This document shows, in pieces, positions 19,212 through 27,768 of a DNA stretch of 64,000 bases (position 1 is the first letter of the stretch; each line of letters opens with the position of its first letter). A model generated the notes under the pieces. The model did not search any database. It saw only the letters and a program-made list of their open reading frames with translations, and had not been told where the DNA came from. A program made the position numbers and the translations under genes. Source of the stretch: a virus (taxonomy: Duplodnaviria; Caudoviricetes); the IMG/VR virus record IMGVR_UViG_3300037423_000960, positions 9,473-73,472 of that record; one strand, given 5' to 3'.

Positions 19212-20105
19212 TCAGGGGACTATAGGCTTTGCCTTACGCCAGTCGTAGCCGGAGCGTGGACGACCCTCGCCATTCTTCACACGGAGATACTTGTCCAGTT
19301 CGCACAGAGAGAACTGAACATCGGTGACTCCGTAGTGAACACCAATCTCAGGCATGTAGTCCTTGAACGCACGATCCATGCTGAGACGACCGAGAAGAGC
19401 CTGCATCTTGTGCTGAGCCCTCTGCTGAGGCATCCCGGCCTGCGTCGGACGATCGTGAAGACGATTGAGACCGCGGATAGCTCCGGGGCCAGCCGGTGAC
19501 CACGTCAGCTTGTCGGTAGCATTCTCGAGCACAGGCGTCAGCATCATGTCCAGTGCGATCTCCTTCGCCATGAAGGGACCAATTCCGGGCATTCCCTGCA
19601 AGAGCTCACAGACCTCCTGCCACCGATTCGTGCGCTCAGCCATGCCGATGACAGAGTCCAGACGCATCCGAAACGGAGTGAGAAACTGCGACACGACGAC
19701 GATCTGCTTAGGATCTGTGCTGCCCGCGTTCGTTATGATGTACGCTCCGGTGAAGACTTTCTTCCCGGCAGCGAGACGCTCGCCGGCGCGACGTATGAGA
19801 AAATCTGGGTTCCACTCGTATTGAAAACCAACGTCTTCTAGAAACTCAATGCTGCCGAAGTAACGCGCGATGGCACAGTTGAGTGCCATGACTTGTTTCG
19901 GAACATTTCCACGATTAGGATTATACCAATTCCGGATCAGCCACTGCGTAGTGCGATCGTGCTTGCGGAGAATATTTGTGAACTTGTAGCGCGAGAGAAT
20001 TGGATCTGTGGTCCAGGGACCTGGCTCACCTGCAACTCTCTTCTGCCGGATAGCTTCGCGCTCGTTCAGGTAGTGAACGAAAGTCTCGTAGATCTCTTGG
20101 TTCAT
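19212..20105 (-). CDS. 5-hydroxymethyl-dU DNA kinase (aGPT-Pplase1 / 5-HMUDK family)
   Basis: EREAIRQKR, PWTTDPILSRYKFTNILRKHDRTT, GIGPFMAKEI, GPGAIRGLNRL and DVQFSLCELDKY. Confidence 0.85.
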   Translation of the reverse strand: MNQEIYETFVHYLNEREAIRQKRVAGEPGPWTTDPILSRYKFTNILRKHDRTTQWLIRNWYNPNRGNVPKQVMALNCAIARYFGSIEFLEDVGFQYEWNPDFLIRRAGERLAAGKKVFTGAYIITNAGSTDPKQIVVVSQFLTPFRMRLDSVIGMAERTNRWQEVCELLQGMPGIGPFMAKEIALDMMLTPVLENATDKLTWSPAGPGAIRGLNRLHDRPTQAGMPQQRAQHKMQALLGRLSMDRAFKDYMPEIGVHYGVTDVQFSLCELDKYLRVKNGEGRPRSGYDWRKAKPIVP

Positions 20106-20125
20106 GGCGGCTCTCCGCTGAGGAC

Positions 20126-20161
20126 GAAGAAAAGGGCGGACGCCTCACGACGCCCGCCCTT
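20126..20161 (-). terminator. Rho-independent terminator
   Basis: Minus strand AAGGGCGGGCGTCGTGAGGCGTCCGCCCTT followed by TTCTT. Confidence 0.7.
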
Positions 20162-20185
20162 CTGTAAGGACAGAGGCGTCGAGTA

Positions 20186-20833
20186 TTACTCGACCATGCC
20201 ACCGTCGCTCCCGGTCGCCGCGGTCGGCTCACCGGTGTCCTGCGACTCCGCTTCCTGCAGACGACTGAAGCCAGCCTGCGTCAGGAAGACGTAGATGCTG
20301 TCCTCGCGCGACTCGGTGCGGACGAGACCGTCCTTCTCGAGCTTGTCGATCTGCTTCTCGACCGTCTTGGTCTTCTTCCCGGTCTCCGTGACGAAGTCCT
20401 GGACGGTGATCTGCGTGTTGTCGATGTCGCCGGCGTCCGAGACTTCCCCGCGCTCACGGATGAAGTTCAGCGCGTCGAGCTCCGCCTGCTGAGCCTTGGT
20501 CAGCTTCTTGGGCTTGCTGGCCTTGGCCTTCGGCTCCGGAGCCGCGATCGAGCTGTACTCCTCAGCCTTGTCCGCCTCGTTGACCAGATGACCGTAGCGC
20601 TGAACTGCGTCGCGAACATAGGCACGGATGTACGAGGGTCCGTAGCCCTGCGACTTCTTCGGCGAGAAGTTCTCGAGGAGATGCTTCTCCAGATCGGCGT
20701 AGCTGACGCCGTCGCCGCCGGGAGCGCCGCCGAGTTCGTTCGCTGCCTGACGCATCGCGTCGACGACAGTGCCTGCACGGACAGCCGTGGGACCGACCCA
20801 CAGCTTCTTTTCGGTATCCAATTTCGTAGACAT
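20186..20833 (-). CDS. Probable DNA-binding protein with two winged-helix-like regions and a Lys/Ala linker
   Basis: PEPKAKASKPKKLTKA linker; C-terminal VQDFVTETGKKTKTVEKQIDKLEKDGLVRTESREDSIYVFLT is wHTH-like; host-like codon usage. Confidence 0.55.
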   Translation of the reverse strand: MSTKLDTEKKLWVGPTAVRAGTVVDAMRQAANELGGAPGGDGVSYADLEKHLLENFSPKKSQGYGPSYIRAYVRDAVQRYGHLVNEADKAEEYSSIAAPEPKAKASKPKKLTKAQQAELDALNFIRERGEVSDAGDIDNTQITVQDFVTETGKKTKTVEKQIDKLEKDGLVRTESREDSIYVFLTQAGFSRLQEAESQDTGEPTAATGSDGGMVE

Positions 20834-20861
20834 GACTTCTTGATGCTCCTTCTAGCAGGGA

Positions 20862-21725
20862 CTAGAACGCCTGCTCGTCTCCGGGCTCGTCGTCGGGATG
20901 CTCCATGTCACCCTTGACTTCGCCGGCATCGATCCGCTTACGCAGCTCGCTGGCGGCAGTGAAAATCTCGCGCCCGTTTGCGAGATCCTTCACCTTCGGC
21001 CCCTCCTCGATGAGGAACCCGTACCACGAACCCTTGTCGTTGGACTCTGGAATCGTGGTAATCTTGTACGAGTAGAACCACATCGCAGGACGGAAGAGAG
21101 TCCCGGCCTTGGCGTGGCCTACCGGAAATCGCTCCATGCGATTGTTGATCGTGGTTGCCCACCCGCGACCCTTGCGAGCCTGAACCCCAGAGAAGTTCAG
21201 AACCGCTGCCTCCCATTCCTGCGTCTCCGGATTCACCAGGACGACGAAGTACTGAAGAGCATCGGTGAGCTCATTGCCCTGCTCGTCGTAGCGCTTACCC
21301 TTGTCGTCCGGCGTCGCCGCGTTGAACTTCGAGGGATCGTCACCCATGTCGTAGGCAGGACCGGCGTTATTCGGTCGCCACGCCATGTATCGGTGACTAA
21401 AGCCGACCGGAACGGCGAGAAAACCCGTCTCGCCGTTGATGAGCTTCCGCGTCGCAGAGTTGACGAACATGCCCTGACCGGCGTTAGGAAGAAACTTAGC
21501 GTGACCACGCTGAAGCTCCTTCGAGAGCGCTTGCAGGATGCGGACATACGGGATGAGAAAGTCGGACTGCTGGAAATCGTCCAGACCCGCACCGGCTTCT
21601 GCGAAGAAGTCGTCGTCCGCCGCAACCAAATCGGTTGACTCGTTCTTGGTCGTTGTGAGATTGGTACCGCCAGCCGCAGGTGCCTCACTCTTTTCTTCTT
21701 CAGCTTTCTTCTTTGCTTCGGCCAT
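20862..21725 (-). CDS. Probable single-stranded DNA-binding protein
   Basis: GAGLDDFQQSDFLIPYVRILQALS, NDKGSWYGF and acidic tail ending in F; replication-module context. Confidence 0.65.
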   Translation of the reverse strand: MAEAKKKAEEEKSEAPAAGGTNLTTTKNESTDLVAADDDFFAEAGAGLDDFQQSDFLIPYVRILQALSKELQRGHAKFLPNAGQGMFVNSATRKLINGETGFLAVPVGFSHRYMAWRPNNAGPAYDMGDDPSKFNAATPDDKGKRYDEQGNELTDALQYFVVLVNPETQEWEAAVLNFSGVQARKGRGWATTINNRMERFPVGHAKAGTLFRPAMWFYSYKITTIPESNDKGSWYGFLIEEGPKVKDLANGREIFTAASELRKRIDAGEVKGDMEHPDDEPGDEQAF

Positions 21726-21765
21726 TAGGCTCTCCTCTGTTCACTGGCTTGCCACCAGACGCTTC

Positions 21766-21793
21766 ACTATAAGCGCGTTAACTCACAACGCAA
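21766..21793 (-). promoter_or_regulatory. Sigma70-like promoter
   Basis: CTTGCGT-N16-TATAGT upstream of the SSB gene. Confidence 0.5.
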
Positions 21794-21825
21794 GGGATAT
21801 TTTACTCTAGAATAACTCGGCAGAC

Positions 21826-22392
21826 TTACTTAATGACTGCCTTATCGCCAAACCAGACTCCCCACTTCTCAAGTGGGAGCATGACGCCATTCTGAATCTG
21901 CTCGCGCGCGAATGCCATAAAGGTTTGAGGGTGCACGTCCAGCTTGATGGTAGGGTCGAAGCCCATCTTGGCGAGCGTTTCACGTGCTAACTCGGCCTGC
22001 TTCGTGTCACCCTTGCTGAACTGAAGGGCTAGATTACGCTTGATAATATCGCTATGTCCGTGCGAGTCGAGCCACTCGTAGGCTTGCTCCTTGGACTGTG
22101 GCGGAATTGATCCGACGACGTATTTGGTTGAGACCTTGAGACCCTCCAGCGTAGTGATCTCGCGGACGCCTGCCTGCTTCAGCAACTCGGGCAACTTCTG
22201 TGTCTCTATCTCGACCTTCCGGCGAGTGAGATCTTTGATTTTATTCTGTAGCTCGGCGATGTCTCCCTCGAGAAGACGATACTCTCTCGCGAGATTGGTA
22301 ATATGAGCCTTAAAGCGCTCAGAGCCGGTACTGGTGTCGGCCTCCTCGAAGAAGTCTACGTCACTCTGCTCCGTCTGCGTCTCTTCGACCAT
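21826..22392 (-). CDS. Conserved phage replication-module protein (coiled coil)
   Basis: LPELLKQAG...TLEGLKV, AYEWLDSHGHSDIIK and VHPQTFMAFAREQ. Confidence 0.65.
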   Translation of the reverse strand: MVEETQTEQSDVDFFEEADTSTGSERFKAHITNLAREYRLLEGDIAELQNKIKDLTRRKVEIETQKLPELLKQAGVREITTLEGLKVSTKYVVGSIPPQSKEQAYEWLDSHGHSDIIKRNLALQFSKGDTKQAELARETLAKMGFDPTIKLDVHPQTFMAFAREQIQNGVMLPLEKWGVWFGDKAVIK

Positions 22393-22757
22393 TAGTCTTG
22401 TTCCTCTTCCAGCCTGACTTCTACGGGAGAATAGAAACCCGTTACGGGTTCTCCATGCTTTGTATTGCGGTTTTTCTCAAAGCGCAAGTAGCGGAACTTC
22501 GTGATACCTAGGTCAAGCATCACCATGCCGGTCACAATGGCGCTGAGAGGATCTCCACCCGCCCAGACGATGAAGTCCGTTCGGGGATCAAACTCCGAGA
22601 GTGCTCTCCTGAGACGCTCTATGGAGAGCTCAGGATTAGCCGAGGTCCGATCTCCAGCAGAGAGCACAAAGCGGATCTCGCCATATACGGCGGCGGGGCT
22701 GACGTCGGGCTGAAACCGGACGGCCTGTAGGACAAAGACCTTACTCGTCATCGGCAA
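22392..22757 (-). CDS. Hypothetical protein
   Basis: Translationally coupled; VYGEIRFVL and DFIVWAGGDP. Confidence 0.6.
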   Translation of the reverse strand: MPMTSKVFVLQAVRFQPDVSPAAVYGEIRFVLSAGDRTSANPELSIERLRRALSEFDPRTDFIVWAGGDPLSAIVTGMVMLDLGITKFRYLRFEKNRNTKHGEPVTGFYSPVEVRLEEEQD

Positions 22758-24504
22758 AGAGATCCCTTATGTCAATTAGATTCTCGGCGATCGCGCCCTT
22801 GGACTTGAGTACCTTGTCGATTCTCTCGTCCACCGAGCGCGGGGTGATAAGATAGTGATAGTTCACGGGAAAGTGTTGTCCGATGCGATGGCATCTGTCG
22901 TTGGCTTGCAGTTCGTTCTCAAGGGAGAAGTCTCGGCTGTACCAAATGACCTCGCTGGCGACAGTCAGGTTGAGACCAATACCCCCGGACTTAGGAGTGG
23001 AGAGAAAGACCTTGATATTGTCGTCTGTCTGAAACTTCTTAAGATTCGTCAACTTGTCTTTGGTCCGACCAACGTAGTCTATCCAGGAGATGCCAGCCTC
23101 GGTTAGTGCCTTGCTCAGAAGACGATAGTCACCCTCGAACTTAATCCAGACGATAACCTTCCCGCGAGCTTCCTTGATAATCTCTACGGTGCGCTCCACT
23201 CGACGATTCGGGAACTCCTGATACAGTTCAGGATCAACTATCTTTCCGTTCTCGTCCTTCTTCGCTCTCTTGTGGATGAACCCACCTATGAGTTGCTGAA
23301 GACGAATGAGACGAGTGATGGCGAGACGCGCGGTGAGAATACCGGCGTCAAGGTCGAGGAAGAAGTCCTTCTTCATCTGAGCATATACGCGACTCTGCTC
23401 TTCAGTGAACGGAACTTCTACACGAATGAAGTTCTTGGCAGGAAGATCCAGGCAATCCTCCTTGAGAACTCGGTACGTGTACGAGTCGATCTTGCGTTTA
23501 AGTTCTTCCTCATTTACGTAACCGACGATCTTCTTGTTCTGAAAACCGCCCATGCGACAGAAGTGATTCCGGAAGGCGTAGAAACTGCTGTAGCCCAGGA
23601 TATGAGGGTCCAGGAAGTAGAACTGTGAATAAAGATCCTCCACGCCCTGGGAGATTGGAGTTCCTGTGAGAATGCGTCGATACTTGGCTAGCTTACCTAG
23701 CTTCAGAAGAGTCTTAGTTCTCTTTGAGCTGGAGTCTTTTATGCGGCTACTCTCGTCCACGACCAGCATGGCTCTAGAAGAGAGAAGAAGCTCTTGCAGG
23801 AGCTCCTCACCGCTCTTGTGACTCATCATGTCGATGTGGATTGCAATGATCCTGAGACCATCCTTAAAATACCGCGCTTTGGACAGTCGGAGAGCCTCTT
23901 CATGGGTTGGGGCTGCAACGGTGTACCCGCCCGCCCAAGGCACAGAGGGGCTTAAATGTTCCGGAACTTGTTCGTTTATCCACTGAGCATGGACGCCGTT
24001 GGGGGCGACGATCAATAACGTGTCGATCTTGCCGTTCTCACCACCGTTGAGAAAAATGTCGGCGGCGTCGTCCAACAGGGTCTTGGTCTTTCCGGTGCCC
24101 TGCTCCATGAAGTACCCGAAGGCGATCTTCCCTCTGGCGAGAATGTTAGCCTTGAGTTGATGCTGATAGGGCTTGTGCTTATACGGGAACTCGAAGCCAA
24201 CAGGCTCAATCCACTTTGCGTTACGAGTCTCACGCTCCTGCTCGCGCATACGCCGAAATTGTTCCACCAGTGTAGCAGCGGGGCCGCGCCAAGTGACGCC
24301 CTCTAGACGCGTGTCGAGGAACTCTAGATTGCTCCTCGAAAGCTCAATGAAAGGCTTACCCTGTACGTACCGCTTGCGGCCTGGAAGCTCTGAGAGAGCG
24401 TTAAAGACGTGCGGTGGAACCCGACCGTCTAGCCACGCTTTCTTCTCGTCTGACTCAAAGACAACTTGTATCGTCACCCTATCCCGATGCTTTCTAGCAT
24501 CCAC
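22741..24504 (-). CDS. SNF2-family SF2 helicase
   Basis: MEQGTGKTK, VVDESSRIK, LTGTPI, GGIGLNLT and QANDRCHRIGQ. Confidence 0.92.
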   Translation of the reverse strand: MDARKHRDRVTIQVVFESDEKKAWLDGRVPPHVFNALSELPGRKRYVQGKPFIELSRSNLEFLDTRLEGVTWRGPAATLVEQFRRMREQERETRNAKWIEPVGFEFPYKHKPYQHQLKANILARGKIAFGYFMEQGTGKTKTLLDDAADIFLNGGENGKIDTLLIVAPNGVHAQWINEQVPEHLSPSVPWAGGYTVAAPTHEEALRLSKARYFKDGLRIIAIHIDMMSHKSGEELLQELLLSSRAMLVVDESSRIKDSSSKRTKTLLKLGKLAKYRRILTGTPISQGVEDLYSQFYFLDPHILGYSSFYAFRNHFCRMGGFQNKKIVGYVNEEELKRKIDSYTYRVLKEDCLDLPAKNFIRVEVPFTEEQSRVYAQMKKDFFLDLDAGILTARLAITRLIRLQQLIGGFIHKRAKKDENGKIVDPELYQEFPNRRVERTVEIIKEARGKVIVWIKFEGDYRLLSKALTEAGISWIDYVGRTKDKLTNLKKFQTDDNIKVFLSTPKSGGIGLNLTVASEVIWYSRDFSLENELQANDRCHRIGQHFPVNYHYLITPRSVDERIDKVLKSKGAIAENLIDIRDLFADDE

Positions 24505-25295
24505 GCGACACTGTGCGTATTGTAGGAATCAAAGGAGATTAACCTACCGTCGCTGATGGTGCAGTATAGAATATTCTTTTGAAGTCTTTTCGTATCTTCT
24601 ACGTCCAGGCAGGCGAAGAATTCTCGGGCTGCTCCACGCCAGTAGTTGAAGTCGTAGACGTAGTCGTACATTTCATTCTTACTGAGAAAGTCCAGCTTGA
24701 CGTTCGCCGCCACGATGGGAGGCTGTGGGTCTACGATGAGAGTTCCACGATCAGTACGCTGCCGGACAGAGTTGTCTGCGAACGTAAACTGAGAACCGTA
24801 CTGCCAGCCGGTACTCGGCACGAACTTCGTTCCGACAAACAGACGACCGATACTCGGAAAGAGTCCAGCTACCTGTGAGTTAACGGTGAGGCGCAGATAC
24901 TGATAGGAAACCGGCGTCGCCAGATTCAGCAACGAAGAGTTATGCCGAAGCATATTGATCTTATTCTGCGTAGTCTGACCTGCGACTACGTGAGCCAGAG
25001 CGGTGCTGTTGTAGAGCGTGGCCCATGCAGTTCCGTTCGTACTACCCTCGATGAGAAGCGTTGCCGCGTCTGTAAGGTTCGTGTAGACGAGAGAGACCAT
25101 GTCAAAGGTCACGCTCGCGCCGAAATTCCACGTGATGACGGTGGAAGTCGTCGTCGCAGCGAAAACCTGAGTAGGATCGAACGTCAGGATATTCGCGATC
25201 GGGAAGTTCGGGTCAGCATTCGTCGCCGTGGGAACGGTCGTGACCTTGGCATAATCCGGATGCTGGTCGATCGGAGCTGCGAAAAAGATGCTCAT
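24474..25295 (-). CDS. Tail-tip (distal-tail-like) protein
   Basis: Beta-rich with YLRLTV and IGRLFVG...GWQYG, as in alphaproteobacterial phage tail-tip proteins. Confidence 0.55.
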   Translation of the reverse strand: MSIFFAAPIDQHPDYAKVTTVPTATNADPNFPIANILTFDPTQVFAATTTSTVITWNFGASVTFDMVSLVYTNLTDAATLLIEGSTNGTAWATLYNSTALAHVVAGQTTQNKINMLRHNSSLLNLATPVSYQYLRLTVNSQVAGLFPSIGRLFVGTKFVPSTGWQYGSQFTFADNSVRQRTDRGTLIVDPQPPIVAANVKLDFLSKNEMYDYVYDFNYWRGAAREFFACLDVEDTKRLQKNILYCTISDGRLISFDSYNTHSVAWMLESIGIG

Positions 25296-25661
25296 CTACT
25301 GAGGCCCGAATAAAGTGAGCTCGTCAAACAGAGCGTTGGAGTCTGTGCGAACTCTCTTGATGATGAAGTTCTTTCCGTTGTTGAAGCCGTAGCGCGGATA
25401 TTTGACCGTGATAGTCGTTCCGACCTCGAACGGTGCGTAATTCCTCTTTGCGACGAAGCAAGCCCACGTCCAGCGATCTAACTTTCGTAGGCTCAGAATC
25501 TGGTTGCCGAGCGCTGTAGCATCGGTTACGTTCTGAGTTAAACTGGAATATTCCATCTCCTGCGCGAGAGGATGCTTTGTCTGAACAGACAAATCCTCGA
25601 TCGCCGGAGTTGTGCGAACAGGTTGTTGCGCGAACGCGATGCGGGCTACATCAATCGTCAT
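25296..25661 (-). CDS. Tail-tip/hub small protein
   Basis: FEVGTTITVKYPRYGFNNGKNFII resembles the C-terminal part of tail hub proteins. Confidence 0.5.
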   Translation of the reverse strand: MTIDVARIAFAQQPVRTTPAIEDLSVQTKHPLAQEMEYSSLTQNVTDATALGNQILSLRKLDRWTWACFVAKRNYAPFEVGTTITVKYPRYGFNNGKNFIIKRVRTDSNALFDELTLFGPQ

Positions 25662-25698
25662 TTCAGAGTGATGCCTCCCGCATCGCAGAGATCACAGG

Positions 25699-25941
25699 TT
25701 AACCGTTGAGCCTTCCGATGACCTCGTCCACGTGAGCGTTGATCTTTGCCTCCAACGCATCACGTGTGCTCTGGAGTTCTTCCTGACTCTGACCGGAAGT
25801 TTCCTTCAGGCCGTCAATCAGCTCCAGAAGAGCCTGACCAGCACGGATCGCCGGCGTGATCAAAGGAGTGCCGGTGAACTTCTCGATCGTGGGGGCGAGA
25901 TTCTCGGCAGCAGCAAGAATTTTACGAATGGTCTCTTCCAT
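25699..25941 (-). CDS. Small helical protein in lysis cassette
   Basis: 80 aa, directly downstream of the lipoprotein gene. Confidence 0.5.
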   Translation of the reverse strand: MEETIRKILAAAENLAPTIEKFTGTPLITPAIRAGQALLELIDGLKETSGQSQEELQSTRDALEAKINAHVDEVIGRLNG

Positions 25942-25950
25942 GAGATCCTC

Positions 25951-26313
25951 CTACTTGCCGAGTGATTGCTTAACGAGAGCAATCGCCTCAGTTGCGTGTT
26001 GGAATGCCTCGTTGTACGAGGTGACCGAGCCGGCCTTCTGCGCGGCGGAGGCAGCATTGACCCACTGCTTCGCAAGCGTGAGGCCTCGGGCGACTTCCTT
26101 CGCCTTCGGACTACCCGGCACGATGAGTTTCGCGTCGATAGCCTGATCGGCGAGAGTCGCGAGTGTGTCGAGCGTGAGAAAGGCGTACCGGACTGCTCGA
26201 TCGTCAATGACGGTCTTCTGGAGAGGAGCCGGCGACTCGGGTGTGACCGGCATGACCGTATTGCATCCCGCCAGTCCGAGAGATGCAACTGCGAGTAAGA
26301 GTGTAATTCGCAT
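25951..26313 (-). CDS. Lipoprotein, possible spanin component
   Basis: Signal peptide with lipobox LAG-C (MRITLLLAVASLGLAGC); helical body. Confidence 0.65.
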   Translation of the reverse strand: MRITLLLAVASLGLAGCNTVMPVTPESPAPLQKTVIDDRAVRYAFLTLDTLATLADQAIDAKLIVPGSPKAKEVARGLTLAKQWVNAASAAQKAGSVTSYNEAFQHATEAIALVKQSLGK

Positions 26314-26323
26314 CGTGAGCTCC

Positions 26324-26641
26324 TTACTTGTAGTGGATCTGCGCTACCTCGGCCGGAACCCGATTATCCTGAGCCACGGTGACGACCTGAGCTGCTCGAA
26401 AATGGGTCTTGTAGAGACCATAGAGCAGGGTTCCGATGCCGACGATCGCCGCGGCGAGAGCAGCACCCTCGCTACTCTGGAAGAAGGCGATGAGCCCGAA
26501 TACATCTCGCGACTTCAGCAGCGCCGAGATCGCCGGGTAGATCGTGACGATTACGACCACGTAGCGACCGAGAGCTTTCAGGAGATCTAAGACCGCCTGA
26601 TTTTCCGATACGACGACCGGTTCCGTTGCTTCACCTACCAT
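26324..26641 (-). CDS. Holin-like membrane protein
   Basis: Two hydrophobic segments (YVVVIVTIYPAISALL; AALAAAIVGIGTLLYGLY); lies upstream of the lipoprotein. Confidence 0.6.
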   Translation of the reverse strand: MVGEATEPVVVSENQAVLDLLKALGRYVVVIVTIYPAISALLKSRDVFGLIAFFQSSEGAALAAAIVGIGTLLYGLYKTHFRAAQVVTVAQDNRVPAEVAQIHYK

Positions 26642-26653
26642 GTGCGTTCTCCT

Positions 26654-27106
26654 TTACTTCGACTTCACGACAGGCTCCGGTGTAGCGGCGACGAGACTGT
26701 CACTGCCTGGACCCGGAACATACACTTCCTTAGGCTGAGGATCCTCGTCCTTCGAGGGCCAGGACATCCCAGCCGGGGTCTTCTCCCCGGTGGCGCGGCG
26801 GAGTGCCTCCATGATGCCTCGTCCGCGAGCACCATTTTCGTCCGCGAAGTTGTTGATACGATTATGTGACGCGCATATGGCAAGTTCTGCTCCGAGCGCG
26901 ATGACCTTCTTAGAGAGATCCTTCTGGCGAGCGTAGATAATTTCTGCCGCCTCAGACACCGCGAAGGAAACCGACTTTCCGGGTTCGAGAAGAGACAGAA
27001 TCTCTCCGCGCACGTCCTCCGGGAACTCATCAGGATTAGCGACCACAAAGCGAAAGAGTTCAGTGGCGGCTTCGTCTGGCTGAGTAATGAAACGTGGGCT
27101 AGTCAT
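26654..27106 (-). CDS. Hypothetical protein at head of lysis cassette
   Basis: 150-aa ORF with GGAG RBS and its own promoter. Confidence 0.6.
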   Translation of the reverse strand: MTSPRFITQPDEAATELFRFVVANPDEFPEDVRGEILSLLEPGKSVSFAVSEAAEIIYARQKDLSKKVIALGAELAICASHNRINNFADENGARGRGIMEALRRATGEKTPAGMSWPSKDEDPQPKEVYVPGPGSDSLVAATPEPVVKSK

Positions 27107-27133
27107 TCTTGTCTCCAGGTCTAGAGCTATCGC

Positions 27134-27162
27134 AGCTTACGGGGATATTATTCGTTGGACAA
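27134..27162 (-). promoter_or_regulatory. Sigma70-like promoter
   Basis: CTTGTCC-N17-TAAGCT. Confidence 0.55.
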
Positions 27163-27191
27163 GCGATTTTGCATGAGATACCAGTGCCTTA

Positions 27192-27758
27192 CTAGAGACC
27201 AAGTAGTTGAGCCGGGTCAGGTACTTCCCGAATCTGCTTGATAGTCTCTACGACGTGTCTGATACTCGAGTTGAGTCTACCCTCCTCGGAGATTGGAAGA
27301 ATAGGAATTTTGTCATTCTGCGGGAGATGCTGAAAGGTAGGATCCTCGGGCTTAGAGACAGCGATCGCATTAGGATCCACCGGAACATCCCTCAAAGTCG
27401 GTGGTTCACCTAGCACGGCCAGAAGCATCTCTTTTCGAAACTCGTCGATGCTGTTGATCTGAAGTTGGGCAGGACCTATGCTAGCCGAGCAGCGAGACTC
27501 AATCTGCTTTCCGTCGGGAGAAGTCTGAGTCTCACCGTCAGGTTTGATCCATCTCGCCCACGACTGAAGATGGACCCCAGAGTTATTCTCCATCCACTCT
27601 TCGGCAACCGAGATAGCCACGAGAGTTCCGTCGTCTAGCTTCACGGCCACTTCATCAGGGTACAGACCTGGAGCCAGCTCCTCGTACTGAGGAGTTCCGG
27701 GGATGCTCCACTCTGGATCCCTGAGCGGAGGTTGAGAAGTTGCTTTCACGAAGCTCAT
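27192..27758 (-). CDS. Hypothetical protein, possible tail-fibre chaperone
   Basis: Immediately downstream of the large tail protein. Confidence 0.55.
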   Translation of the reverse strand: MSFVKATSQPPLRDPEWSIPGTPQYEELAPGLYPDEVAVKLDDGTLVAISVAEEWMENNSGVHLQSWARWIKPDGETQTSPDGKQIESRCSASIGPAQLQINSIDEFRKEMLLAVLGEPPTLRDVPVDPNAIAVSKPEDPTFQHLPQNDKIPILPISEEGRLNSSIRHVVETIKQIREVPDPAQLLGL

Positions 27759-27768
27759 CGTACAGTCC

